Counted from the first letter of the stretch, positions 1 to 9,724 are shown. The stretch is DNA of 64,000 nucleotides from Polyangiales bacterium (GCA_035466435.1 DATIUW010000103.1:11594-75593); one strand, 5' to 3'. The notes: generated by a model from the sequence alone, not told the origin. A program made the numbers and translations.

Positions 1-183
1 AATTAGTTAGAAAGTGATCCTTAGGGGTGTATTTAATTTGTAATTCGTCTTGCACAGGCGTCCCAACGTGCGATGATTATTTAGGAAAGTGTGATTGCAT
101 TTTTCTTTCGTCACTGTTGAAAGTGCATTCCCATTGTGTGAAATAGAAGAGCAATTTTACACCTCAAACTGATTTGGAGACGC
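1..183. other. AT-rich non-coding leader at the window edge, carrying three GAAAGTG words
   Basis: Visibly AT-rich against the GC-rich flanks. GAAAGTG occurs at 10-16, 85-91 and 119-125. No convincing ORF; the 111-293 minus ORF looks spurious. Confidence 0.5.
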
Positions 184-669
184 ATGCTTCGTACACGAAT
201 GAACTTGGTTCGATCGACACTCGCGGTCGTTTGTGGCTTGGCCTTCGCCGCCTGCGGAGACAGCGGCGACAACACGGAGCCCCGGCTCCGCAACCTGGTG
301 TACTGCGAGAATCCCGAAGTCGCAGCACCTTCCTGCGCCCTCGAGGGTTACTCAGTCTCGAACGATTCCGCGCTTCGCGCGAAGCTCGACGGTTGTGCGC
401 TCGCAGGCTGTCACGGGGATTTCTCTTCCACGTTCAGCTTGGACCTCTCCGGTTCGTTGGAGGCCGGCTTGTCTGCGCTGACCATGACCACGAGCACCAG
501 CGGGGACTACATCGTCGACGACTTCGACCCGGATTGCAGCAACATCCTCACCAAAGTTACCGATCAGCCAGCAAGTGGGTTGCGGATGCCTCCGGCGCCG
601 TACCCCTCCTGGAGCAACGACGAGATCGACTGCTTCCGTGCGTACCTGAACGAGCTGTACCCGCAGTAG
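184..669 (+). CDS. Secreted lipoprotein with a cytochrome-c-like (planctomycete PSCyt1-like) region
   Basis: Signal peptide with lipobox LAFAAC. GCALAGCHGD is followed near the C-terminus by GLRMPP...SNDEIDCFRAYL, resembling the CxxCH...MP...L..E...I..WI layout, but with CX4CH spacing. Confidence 0.5.
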   Translation: MLRTRMNLVRSTLAVVCGLAFAACGDSGDNTEPRLRNLVYCENPEVAAPSCALEGYSVSNDSALRAKLDGCALAGCHGDFSSTFSLDLSGSLEAGLSALTMTTSTSGDYIVDDFDPDCSNILTKVTDQPASGLRMPPAPYPSWSNDEIDCFRAYLNELYPQ

Positions 670-685
670 CGAAAGCGAGCTCCGT

Positions 686-1717
686 TCAGCCGTGCTCGGC
701 TCGCCGGATGCCGAGGTTGACGATCTTCTGGAGCAAGGCGGGGTAATCGATGCCGGCTGCCTGCGCCGCGCTCGCGAACTCCTCTCCTTCCGCGATGTCG
801 GGGTTGGGGTTGGCCTCGAGGAAGTAGAGCTCGCCAGATTCGTCGAGCCGGAAGTCGATCCGTACGTATCCGTCGGTGCCGAGCCGCCGGCAGATTCGTC
901 TGGCTAGCGGGCCGATGCGCCGCTGCACCTCGTCGGGGAGCTTACGGGCGCGCCCGATCCGCACCCCGTACTTCTCCTGGTAGCCGAGGTCCCACTTGAC
1001 CTTGCGCGTGGCAATCTTGGGGGCGTCCTCTCGGACGTTGTCGAGGAAGAGCTCCCAGGTGGGAAGCACTTGCAGCCGATGGTTGCCGAGCACCGCCACA
1101 TAGAGCTCGCGCCCTTCGATGTACTGTTCGACGACCGCGTCGGTCTGTATCTTCTCGTGGATGAACGCGATCCGTTCCTCGAGGGCCTTGTCGTTGTAAA
1201 CCACCGATGCCTGCGCGATCCCATAGCTTCCTTCCTCGATCAGCGACTTGACGATCAGCGGAAACTCCAGGCGGCTCGGTCGAGAGATCTTCCGGTACCT
1301 GGGGAACACCTTGAATCGCGGCACGTGAATTCGGTGATACGTCAACACCTTCTTCGAAAGTGCCTTGTCGCGCGCCAACAAGAGCCCACGCGGGTTACAG
1401 CCGGTGTAGGGCGTGCGTTGAAGCTCCAGGTACCCGACTACGTGCGTATCGAACATCGCCTCGCCGCCAAACTCTTCGAGGAGATTGAAAACGACGTGCG
1501 GTTGGAACTCCTCGATGGCGGTCCGAAGCGGCGCGAGCTCGTACCCGAGGCCCACGACCATCACTTCGTGCCCCAAGAACCGCAATGATTCGCGCACGTC
1601 GAACTCGGTTTGAAAAGGGGCAATCTCGGCGGGAGAGAGCTTGCTGATGTCTTCCGGCGGGATGAGGGTTTCGTGTACGAGTACGATGATCCGTCTTCGC
1701 TTTATAGTGGGTGCCAT
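686..1717 (-). CDS. ATP-grasp ligase, D-alanine--D-alanine ligase-like family
   Basis: Start reset to MAPTIKRRRIIVLVHE (ATG at 1717). ATP-grasp hallmarks present: LIVKSLIEEGSYGI, VEQYIEGRELYV, YFLEANPNPD. The start overlaps the upstream gene's stop by 16 nt. Confidence 0.8.
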   Translation of the reverse strand: MAPTIKRRRIIVLVHETLIPPEDISKLSPAEIAPFQTEFDVRESLRFLGHEVMVVGLGYELAPLRTAIEEFQPHVVFNLLEEFGGEAMFDTHVVGYLELQRTPYTGCNPRGLLLARDKALSKKVLTYHRIHVPRFKVFPRYRKISRPSRLEFPLIVKSLIEEGSYGIAQASVVYNDKALEERIAFIHEKIQTDAVVEQYIEGRELYVAVLGNHRLQVLPTWELFLDNVREDAPKIATRKVKWDLGYQEKYGVRIGRARKLPDEVQRRIGPLARRICRRLGTDGYVRIDFRLDESGELYFLEANPNPDIAEGEEFASAAQAAGIDYPALLQKIVNLGIRRAEHG

Positions 1718-2718
1718 GTGTCCCGCCGGTGCAGAAGGTGCACCGTGTGCACCGTCAGCATGATGGCAAAGTCGAGCTTCGTTCGACGCTCCCCTTTGGT
1801 CAGCCGCAGCCGTAGCTCGCGGCACCGTCCGATGATATCACGAAGTACCTGATCGACGGTGAACTGGTATTCGCCCGTGAAGAGCGCAATCTGTTCGCGG
1901 ATTTGGCGCCGATGACGCCGGAGGAAGGAAGCGGCGGTTTCGTTGTTCCGATACTTCGGCGAGTCGCTGAAAATCTTGAACAAATCCCGATCGTATTCCT
2001 TGCTGAAGCCCGGGCTGTAGTGCGCCTGGCGGCGCTCGTAGTGAGTTCTCAGCGTGTAGCGGAGCCGAGAAAGCGAGTAGGGTCGGGCGCGAGTACGGAC
2101 CGGAGGCTTCTGGCTCGAGAGATCGGAAGCGAGCTCCTCGACGTATTCGAGCTTCCGCAGCGCAGGCCATCCTTCGTATTGCTTGCGCCAGTGGGAACGG
2201 GGTGCGAGCCAAACCGCAAACGTTTCCGCGAAGTCCTCGACTGGATGAGCCTGTGCATACCAGCCGTCGAGGTGCTCGACGAAGCTCTTGCTGACCGGGT
2301 TGGGCCGATAGAAGTCGGGGTAGGGGTCCGATGCGTGTCCGAACGTACGTTGCCACCGCTTCCGCCGTTGTAGATTGTAAGCGTGTTGCAAAGCGTGGCC
2401 TGCTTCGTGGCGCAACAAGCGCATGCATTCCGTACGCGTTCCGCCTTCGACTTCGAACATCATCTGTCTCTCGAGGCGGATTAGGCGAGGATGCGCCAGA
2501 TAGAAGGGAATGCCGATGCCCGGAATGCCGTCCGGCGAGCACCACTCGTCCGCAAGCCAAGCGTGGGGACGGAAGCGGCGAAGGTCTCTTGCATCGAGCT
2601 CTTCGTGCAGCCGCTCGACACAGTCCTCGAGCCAGGTGCCCGCGAGGGTCAGCCCCAAATCACACAGGCGAACGTCCAGGAGCTCCTCGGTTGGCAGGCC
2701 TTTCCAATCGATGGGCAC
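1702..2718 (-). CDS. Putative zinc-binding metallopeptidase (HExxH)
   Basis: LLRHEAGHALQHAY contains HEAGH. Length and layout fit the putative zinc-binding metallopeptidase family that commonly pairs with Ddl-like ATP-grasp genes. Confidence 0.7.
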   Translation of the reverse strand: MPIDWKGLPTEELLDVRLCDLGLTLAGTWLEDCVERLHEELDARDLRRFRPHAWLADEWCSPDGIPGIGIPFYLAHPRLIRLERQMMFEVEGGTRTECMRLLRHEAGHALQHAYNLQRRKRWQRTFGHASDPYPDFYRPNPVSKSFVEHLDGWYAQAHPVEDFAETFAVWLAPRSHWRKQYEGWPALRKLEYVEELASDLSSQKPPVRTRARPYSLSRLRYTLRTHYERRQAHYSPGFSKEYDRDLFKIFSDSPKYRNNETAASFLRRHRRQIREQIALFTGEYQFTVDQVLRDIIGRCRELRLRLTKGERRTKLDFAIMLTVHTVHLLHRRDTWHPL

Positions 2719-2780
2719 GACGTCCGGAGCTTGAAGGATCTATCCTCTCACGACAACGAGTGTTTGCCAGCCCGTCGCGC

Positions 2781-3440
2781 TCACCAAGGCAGACGCTCAC
2801 CGTTGGCGTGCCAGAACCCACCCGACGTTTCGAGCGTGAGCTCGTCGATTCGTGAGACGAGTCCATCGACGGCCTCTTCCACTGGAACCCCGTGATTGCC
2901 GGTCATGCGAGTAGCGACCATACCCGGATGCAGCACGGCAACGGCAATTCGCTCGCTCCGCAAGTCGTGGGCAAGGTTCACGCCGGCCATGTTCAGAGCC
3001 GCTTTCGACATGCGATATCCGTAATACCCGCCGGATCCGTTGTCGCCGATGGAGCCCATCCGGCTGGTCATGAGGATCAGCTTGGAGCCGCTGCGCAAGT
3101 GATCCCGCAAAACCGAGGTAACCAAGAGCGGACCGAGCGTGTTGGTCTCGAACTGCTTTCGAATCCCGTCGAAGTCCAGATCATGAAGAGGCTCGTCGAG
3201 CATGATGCCCGCGTTGTTGATCAACACGTCGATTTCGGCATCGCCGAGCTCGCGAGATACCATCTCGAGCGCGTCCTTCTTCGTGACGTCGACGTTCTCG
3301 ATCACCCGGACGCCGACCTCGCGTAGCTCAGGACTGGCATTTCGACACAAAGCGACGACCTCGTCGCCGCGTCCCTTCAACTGACGTGCGAGCTCCAAGC
3401 CGATACCGCGATTTGCACCCGTGATTACAACCCTCGCCAT
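2781..3440 (-). CDS. Short-chain dehydrogenase/reductase (CsgA-like SDR subgroup)
   Basis: MARVVITGANRGIGLE (TGxxxGIG), NNAG and YxxxK (YRMSKAALN). GGAGGAG RBS lies upstream of the ATG at 3440. Confidence 0.85.
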   Translation of the reverse strand: MARVVITGANRGIGLELARQLKGRGDEVVALCRNASPELREVGVRVIENVDVTKKDALEMVSRELGDAEIDVLINNAGIMLDEPLHDLDFDGIRKQFETNTLGPLLVTSVLRDHLRSGSKLILMTSRMGSIGDNGSGGYYGYRMSKAALNMAGVNLAHDLRSERIAVAVLHPGMVATRMTGNHGVPVEEAVDGLVSRIDELTLETSGGFWHANGERLPW

Positions 3441-3500
3441 GACTGTCTCCTCCTTCGGAGGGATCATAGCGCTCCTCGGGCATTGTCCAGCCCGATCCGA

Positions 3501-3938
3501 TCACCAAATGGGAACGCAGAGTCGATCGCCTGCGATCATCTCGCAGCCAAAGCCCGATGCGACGTCGCAATCGGAATCGATGACGCACCGTTCGACACAG
3601 ATTCGGGACGTGACGGGTCCTCCGAGCATGACGTGATCGATACAAGCGCCAGGGAGCGCATTGAAGTCGGAGAAGGGGCAGTCGAGATCATCGAAGCATC
3701 CCACCGTGCAGATTGCGTTGACGTACTCGGTGTACCGATCGGCCGGAAGCGCTAGCTCCTCACAATAGTTGCCCGCGTAACAGTCGATGTCCGAATAGCA
3801 GGTTTCGTACATGATGGACCTCGGCGGAGGCGCGTAGATCTCGTCGTCGTACTCCCCCACGAAAATGCAGCCTGAAAACGATGATGCGATGAGCGCGGTG
3901 GCAAACCATGGCAAACACGGAATGATTCGAAACGGCAT
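3501..3938 (-). CDS. Cysteine-rich lipoprotein, function unknown
   Basis: Lipobox SFSGC. Repeated D-x-D-C motifs: SDIDCY, DDLDCP, IDSDCD. Confidence 0.5.
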   Translation of the reverse strand: MPFRIIPCLPWFATALIASSFSGCIFVGEYDDEIYAPPPRSIMYETCYSDIDCYAGNYCEELALPADRYTEYVNAICTVGCFDDLDCPFSDFNALPGACIDHVMLGGPVTSRICVERCVIDSDCDVASGFGCEMIAGDRLCVPIW

Positions 3939-4012
3939 GGCAAACGTCTCCTCGGGGGATAGACGCTCGGCTGCGCCGTCGATTCAATCGCGATGGTGGG
4001 TGCGGAAAACCG

Positions 4013-4279
4013 CTAAATCGTGACGTGCACGACGTGGCCTTCGTAGGCCGCGACGCCTTCGTCGACCTTCTCACCAAGCTTCCGCGCCAACGTGACCAGC
4101 GCACGCGCAATGGCGAGCTCATCGCCGATCATGGGACGGTTCGGGTCCTCTGGATTCCGACGGGCCTTGCCGACTCCCACTAGCTCAGTGCCATCGATCG
4201 TGAGGCGCGCCGTTGCATCCGTCGCGTGACCCTCCTCGACGACGTTCACGTTCACGGTGAATGTCTTTGATGCGGACAT
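4013..4279 (-). CDS. DUF1876-like small protein
   Basis: Start reset to MSASKTFTV with a GGAGG RBS. ARLTIDGTELVGVGKARRNPEDP...GDELAIARAL resembles the DUF1876 family as I remember it. Confidence 0.55.
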   Translation of the reverse strand: MSASKTFTVNVNVVEEGHATDATARLTIDGTELVGVGKARRNPEDPNRPMIGDELAIARALVTLARKLGEKVDEGVAAYEGHVVHVTI

Positions 4280-4447
4280 TTGGATACCTCCTCGAGCGAG
4301 AAACCAGCATAGGGGAAGTTGGCCTTTTCCGTCCACGACTATCGCGATGCGCTTCGAGCGCGTTGGTTTCGCCGGGCTTGGCGTGCGCGGCTGGCGCTGA
4401 CGTGCCACGGTAGCGCCGCAACCGGGCAGTATCAGGGAGAGTGAACC

Positions 4448-6985
4448 ATGCGTTCATCGCGTTTCGTTTCAGTTGGTGTTGCGCTGATTTTGCTCGCACC
4501 GGCATGCAGCAGCGGCAGCAGCACGACCGGCAGTGATTGGACGGTCGATGCCGGCGCGCTCAAGCTGCGCGTGACGGATTCGCCGTGGAACATGTCCTTC
4601 TTCGACCAAGACGGAAGCGAAGTCCTGGTCGAGCATGGGGGCACGGGAGACGGCCCCACCGGAAGTCTCGCATTGCACATCGGTGAGCCGCCTGCCGGAA
4701 ACGGGCAGCAACCCACCCTTCCTCCGCTTCGAGATGGAGAGCCATCAACGCCACCTGCACGTGACACCGGCTGGGCTCACGCCGTCGCCGTGGAGTCTTC
4801 TCGGTACGAAGGCGAGTCCTACGTGGCTACGATCGCCACCTCGCTGCCGGATCGCAAGCTCGAGCTGGTCGCGTCCCCTTCCGGGGATGGCGTGATCGAG
4901 ATCACGGTGAGGCCACAGAGCGCCGAGGGGGTGCAGGCGCTCGGCATTGGTTTCTTGGCGGCGCAGGAAGAGCGTTTCGTGGGGTTCGGTGAGCGCAGCA
5001 ATGCGGTCAATCAGGCTGGCTGGGCTCTGGAGCATTACGTGGCCGACGGTCCTTACTATGACGAGGCGGAGTACACGATCATGGGCGCCGTCCTCCCTGA
5101 CTGGGGTACGCGGTGGCGACCCGACACGACCTATTTCCCTATTCCGTGGCTCTTGTCCTCACGTGGCTATGGTGTCCTGATCGACAACGACGAGATGAGC
5201 TATCACCGTGTGGCCTCCGAGACTGCCGAGGCATGGAGCCTCGAGGTCGAAACGACCGAGCTTCGGTTTCGTGTGTTTGGTGGACCTGCGCCGGCAGATG
5301 CATTGCGCCGTTACACCGAAGCGGTCGGACGACAGCCTGCAGACTACGCGCCCTGGTTCTTCGGGCCGTGGTTGCAGACCGAATCCGACACGCAAATCGA
5401 GGAATTTCGAGCGGCCGACGTGCCGACCTCCCTCAACGCGACGTACTTGCACTACCTGCCGTGCGGAAGTCAGCAGGGAAGAGAGCAAGACCAGGAAATT
5501 AGGACGGCAGCCAATCATGCCATGGGGGTAGCCATTCACACGTACTTCAACCCCATGATCTGCGTCTCATACGAATCGGCATTCAACGATGCAGAAGCGC
5601 AGGACGCGCTCATCGAGCGTGGGGACGGCCAAACCTACATCTACGACTACTGCAGCAACATCGGCAGTTGCTTCGAGGTCAGCCAGTTCGATTTTGCCGC
5701 GCCCAACGGTGTCGCTGCGTATGAAGAGCTGACCGACGAAGCGATTGGGCACGGATACGACGGATGGATGGAGGACTTCGGCGAGTACACCCCGCTCGAC
5801 GCAGTGTCTTCGAGCGGGGCTACGGGAACCGAGCTTCACAATCGCTATGCCCGCGACTACCATTGTGGCGCGTACGAAGCGACTGCCGAGGTGACCAAGC
5901 CACTGGCACGTTTCACGCGTTCGGGCTGGACCGGCTCCGCGGCCTGCACTCCGATCGTTTGGGGAGGTGACCCGACGTCAGGATGGGACTACGACGGTTT
6001 GCAATCCTCGATCTACCGGGCGCTTTCGATGGGCACCTCCGGGGTTGCGATTTGGGGCTCGGACATCGGCGGCTTCTTCCAACTCGGCCGCGCCCTGAGC
6101 GACGAGCTGTTCGATCGCTGGATAGCCTATGGCGGCTTGTCCGTCGTGATGAGAAGCCAGAAGAATGGGGTGCAGCTACCCGAGTATGAACGCCCTCAGC
6201 CGTGGCACGAGGCCCACCAACCCACGTGGCGCCTGTACGCCAAGCTCCATACGCAGCTCTATCCGTACATTCAGGCTGCTGCCGAGCAGTACTACGCGAC
6301 GGGCAGACCGATCATGCAGCATCACGTGCTGACGCACCCGGGCGATGCGCGAGCCACGGCCCGTGACGATCAATACATGTTCGGTCCGAACATTCTGGTC
6401 GCTCCGGTCTACACGGAGGGCGCGGATGAGAGGGAGCTCTATCTGCCTGAAGGCACGTGGGTCGAGTGGTGGCGTTCGGTGATTTACCGGGAGGAAAATG
6501 GCAGCTTCGCCATGGCTCCACCGGTCGTCCGAGACGGCGGCGCGACATTGACGGTATCGGCGCCGCTCCCCGAGATTCCCATGTTCATCGAGGCCGGCGC
6601 AGTAATTGCGATGCTATGGCCCGACGTGTTCACGCTGTCCGAATACGGGGATGATCCCGCCATCGTACACGCCTCCGATCGCGACGATCGCCTGCACGTG
6701 TTGGCCTTCCCTCGGGGCGAGACTTCAGGCAAGTTCTTCGCGGATGGCCAGTGGAGCAGCACGGAGGGCGATGGCATCTGGAGCCTCACCTTGAATGATG
6801 GAAAGCAACGCACCATTCACCTCGAAGCCTCGATGCGCGTTCTCGAACAGCCCTTCGACGTTTGCGGTGCGTCCGTCGACGGCGCCCCACTTTCGGAGGA
6901 CGACTGGTCGTATGACGAATCGACCGGCGTGTTCGATGCTACCTACGAAACCGGTTCTGGCACGCTGCTGCTCACCGGCTGCTGA
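4448..6985 (+). CDS. Glycoside hydrolase family 31 (alpha-glucosidase/xylosidase-like) lipoprotein
   Basis: Lipobox LLAPAC. GYDGWMEDFGEYTP (nucleophile-region analogue), VWGGDPTSGW and WGSDIGGF are typical GH31 blocks. Confidence 0.85.
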   Translation: MRSSRFVSVGVALILLAPACSSGSSTTGSDWTVDAGALKLRVTDSPWNMSFFDQDGSEVLVEHGGTGDGPTGSLALHIGEPPAGNGQQPTLPPLRDGEPSTPPARDTGWAHAVAVESSRYEGESYVATIATSLPDRKLELVASPSGDGVIEITVRPQSAEGVQALGIGFLAAQEERFVGFGERSNAVNQAGWALEHYVADGPYYDEAEYTIMGAVLPDWGTRWRPDTTYFPIPWLLSSRGYGVLIDNDEMSYHRVASETAEAWSLEVETTELRFRVFGGPAPADALRRYTEAVGRQPADYAPWFFGPWLQTESDTQIEEFRAADVPTSLNATYLHYLPCGSQQGREQDQEIRTAANHAMGVAIHTYFNPMICVSYESAFNDAEAQDALIERGDGQTYIYDYCSNIGSCFEVSQFDFAAPNGVAAYEELTDEAIGHGYDGWMEDFGEYTPLDAVSSSGATGTELHNRYARDYHCGAYEATAEVTKPLARFTRSGWTGSAACTPIVWGGDPTSGWDYDGLQSSIYRALSMGTSGVAIWGSDIGGFFQLGRALSDELFDRWIAYGGLSVVMRSQKNGVQLPEYERPQPWHEAHQPTWRLYAKLHTQLYPYIQAAAEQYYATGRPIMQHHVLTHPGDARATARDDQYMFGPNILVAPVYTEGADERELYLPEGTWVEWWRSVIYREENGSFAMAPPVVRDGGATLTVSAPLPEIPMFIEAGAVIAMLWPDVFTLSEYGDDPAIVHASDRDDRLHVLAFPRGETSGKFFADGQWSSTEGDGIWSLTLNDGKQRTIHLEASMRVLEQPFDVCGASVDGAPLSEDDWSYDESTGVFDATYETGSGTLLLTGC

Positions 6986-8613
6986 ACATCCGCGATTGCC
7001 GTGACGTGGCGCGCCGCTCTCAAGGCCGAGTAGACGCAGTCCGCGATCGACAGGCCACTCACGTATTGACGCGAGCAGACGCCGACCGCATTTCTTCCCG
7101 CGGCGTAGAGTCCGGGCACGACACCGCCTCGTTCGCTCAGCACCTGCCCCGTCTCCTCGTCGACGGCGAGGCCTCCGAGCGTCATGACCGCGCAAAGGTG
7201 ACGTTTCGATGCGAGGGAGCAATCGATGGTGTAGAAGGGACCCTCCCGCATCGCGTGCATGTTTTCGCGGTCCTTGCCGAAAGGGTCCGTGGTCCGTCCT
7301 TCTGCCGCCGCATTGTACTCGTCGAACGTCCTTCGTAGCTGGTCTTGCGGCACCCCGAGCATCTCGGCGAGCGAGGCGAGGTCCTTGGCCTTTCTGGAAT
7401 TGAAGTAGAGGTTCATGAGCGCAACGCCTCTTTGGAACCACTGGAGCTGGCCCGGCTTCGATTGTCGGATTGCGAGCCTCCTCAGGTGCTCGTCGATGAT
7501 CAGCGTCGCGACCCCCTGGTTGTGCTCCACCATGGCCTCGCCGATTTTCGCACCATACCAGAGCTCGTTCGCGAAGCGTTCACCACGGCCGTTGATCAGC
7601 ATGCCCTCTGCAAAGGCGTTCGGTGGATACAGAAAGCGCCAGGCCGAGGCTCGGTGCATCTGGTCGACCTTGCCGCCGACGCTCTGTCCAAGTCGAATTC
7701 CGAGCCCGTCGTCTCCTGCCGTCCCGAGGGCAAGCCCGGGGAGGAACTCTGGAACGTGTTGCGCCACCATCTCGCGATTGAACACGAAACCACCCGCACA
7801 AAGCACGACTCCCCGGCGACAGTGAATGCGCCTCGGCACCGAATGCTTTTCTTCGATCTCATCGCAGCGCCGTCGGAGCCGAGACGCCATCGCCGGCGCG
7901 ATCTTCGCGATGGACGTCTCCAAGCGATGCAGCCGGCGATGCATCTCCCGCCAAATGCCACCGGAGATGACTCGATACTCCGCGCCGACGACACGACCCG
8001 TTCGGTCGACGATGAGACGGCTGACGCGGGCTTGCAGCTCGAAACGCACTCCTTTTTCGTGGGCCCAGGCGCGAAGTGGCTCCGCGATGTTTGCTCCGGG
8101 GAAGGCGCCTCCGTCGCTTCGATGACCGCGTGGCGCTGGCACCGCATGGTCGCGGTACGGAGGGAAGGTCTCGTTTCCCGAGTAGTACAGGTGGTACTCG
8201 TTCGTCGGATACGAAGTCTTGACGGGGCACAAGTTTCCAAAGAACGGAACGCCACGGTCGGTCAGCCACCGCACGTTTGCTGCGCTCGTCTCGCAGAAAT
8301 GTCGCAGCGTGCGCTCCGAAACCGCGTCTTGCACCTCCAAGGACAGGTAGCGGTACATGTTCTCCACCGTGTCCTCGACCCCTGCCTCTCGTTGGATGTG
8401 GGTGCCGCCACCGGCATAGAAGACGCCCCCGCTGATCGCGGTCGCGCCCCCGCCCTCGAAGCGCTCCAGCACGACGACCTCCGCGCCCCGTTCTCGCGCT
8501 TCGATCGCCGCCGTCACCCCTGCGGCACCGAGCCCTACCACGACGACGTCTGTATGATCGTCCCAGTCAGCTTCTTCCACGTCTTCGACTACGAGTGGCC
8601 TCAGGCTGCTCAT
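6943..8613 (-). CDS. FAD-dependent oxidoreductase (3-ketosteroid dehydrogenase / fumarate-reductase flavoprotein-like)
   Basis: DVVVVGLGAAGVTAAIEARERGAEVVVLER...GGATAISGG dinucleotide fold, with C-terminal GLYAAGRNA. Start ambiguous between 8613 and 8634. Confidence 0.8.
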   Translation of the reverse strand: MSSLRPLVVEDVEEADWDDHTDVVVVGLGAAGVTAAIEARERGAEVVVLERFEGGGATAISGGVFYAGGGTHIQREAGVEDTVENMYRYLSLEVQDAVSERTLRHFCETSAANVRWLTDRGVPFFGNLCPVKTSYPTNEYHLYYSGNETFPPYRDHAVPAPRGHRSDGGAFPGANIAEPLRAWAHEKGVRFELQARVSRLIVDRTGRVVGAEYRVISGGIWREMHRRLHRLETSIAKIAPAMASRLRRRCDEIEEKHSVPRRIHCRRGVVLCAGGFVFNREMVAQHVPEFLPGLALGTAGDDGLGIRLGQSVGGKVDQMHRASAWRFLYPPNAFAEGMLINGRGERFANELWYGAKIGEAMVEHNQGVATLIIDEHLRRLAIRQSKPGQLQWFQRGVALMNLYFNSRKAKDLASLAEMLGVPQDQLRRTFDEYNAAAEGRTTDPFGKDRENMHAMREGPFYTIDCSLASKRHLCAVMTLGGLAVDEETGQVLSERGGVVPGLYAAGRNAVGVCSRQYVSGLSIADCVYSALRAARHVTAIADVQQPVSSSVPEPVS

Positions 8614-8632
8614 CTGGATTGCGCAAGCTAGC

Positions 8633-9724
8633 ATGGCGGGTCAAGTTCCGCAGCGACTGATGGAGCTTGCTGTCGATCAGAATGGCGTCGGTCCCGTTTG
8701 CTTGGTGACCGGTGGCAATGGCTACGTCGGAAGGCACTTGGTGCGCCGGTTGTTGGATCTCGGCTGCCAGGTTCGTGCGCTCGATCTGGCGCCTTTCGAG
8801 GGCGATGCACGGGTGACCAGCATCGTGGGTGACGTTCGGCGCATGAAGGACGTCCGGCCTGCTTGCGAAGGCGTGGATACGGTGTTTCACACGGCGGCCA
8901 TCATCAACACTCTGACCCTCGCCCGGCCGAGCGTCCGGCGACAGGTTTACGGCGTCAACGTACTGGGAACCGAGTGCGTAATTCGCGCGTGCCGCGAAGC
9001 GGGCGTCAAAAAGCTGATCTTCACCAGCTCGATTACCGTCGCGGTCGACGGACCGATCCGCGGAGGTGACGAGTCGGCTCCTTACGTCGGCGCCAACGGT
9101 CTCCCCGATCTCTACTCGCAGACCAAGAGCGCGGCCGAGAAGCTCGTCTTGGAAGCCGACGACCCCGAAGGACTCCGGACCGCAGCCGTCCGCCCCGGCG
9201 GCGTATGGGGCCCGGGAGAAGGAGCCATCGTCGTACAAGACTTCATCGAGCACCTCGCTGCCGGGCAATTCAAAGCGATGATCGGCAACGGGCGCTCCGT
9301 CACGGACAACGTGCACGTCGACTCGGTCGTGGATGCCCACTTTCTGGTCGCCCAAAAGCTCACCGATGATCCCGATCGCGTGGGCGGTCAGGCATACTTC
9401 GTGAGCGACGACGAGCCGACCAACCCGGTCACATGGTACCGCCCAATCGTAGAGGGGCTCGGGTATACTTGGCCCAAAATGCACATTCCGCGTCCCTTGG
9501 CCTACGCAATCGCGTACGTCGGTGAGCTGACTCACTACTTCGGAGGGCCGCATCCGATGCTCACTCGGCGCGGCGTGCTGGCCGTCACGCAGGATGCCTC
9601 CTTCAAGATCGACAAGGCCCGCGCACATCTCGGTTACGCCCCGCGAACCACCGCAGCCCGAGGGCTGCCCGAGCTCATGGACGATTTTCGCAATACTCAC
9701 GATCGATTCAGGTCCGGACGATGA
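8633..9724 (+). CDS. 3-beta-hydroxysteroid dehydrogenase/isomerase-family NAD(P) epimerase/dehydratase
   Basis: CLVTGGNGYVGRHLV Rossmann motif, YSQTKSAAE (YxxxK) and a long C-terminal 3beta-HSD-like region. Alternative start at 8660. Confidence 0.85.
   Translation: MAGQVPQRLMELAVDQNGVGPVCLVTGGNGYVGRHLVRRLLDLGCQVRALDLAPFEGDARVTSIVGDVRRMKDVRPACEGVDTVFHTAAIINTLTLARPSVRRQVYGVNVLGTECVIRACREAGVKKLIFTSSITVAVDGPIRGGDESAPYVGANGLPDLYSQTKSAAEKLVLEADDPEGLRTAAVRPGGVWGPGEGAIVVQDFIEHLAAGQFKAMIGNGRSVTDNVHVDSVVDAHFLVAQKLTDDPDRVGGQAYFVSDDEPTNPVTWYRPIVEGLGYTWPKMHIPRPLAYAIAYVGELTHYFGGPHPMLTRRGVLAVTQDASFKIDKARAHLGYAPRTTAARGLPELMDDFRNTHDRFRSGR

Noticed and set aside
7345-8631. A 428-aa plus-strand ORF antisense to the FAD oxidoreductase. 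Similar long antisense ORFs lie at 10929-12560, 15834-17468, 19276-20367, 20501-21487, 23994-25079, 32644-33939, 34202-35404, 49953-50390, 51288-52400 and 51394-52335.
   Set aside because: These are shadow ORFs, expected in GC-rich DNA opposite or out of frame with real genes. Their translations are Arg/Pro/Gly/His-rich, low in complexity and lack recognisable motifs. The overlapping frame carries clear family signatures in every case.
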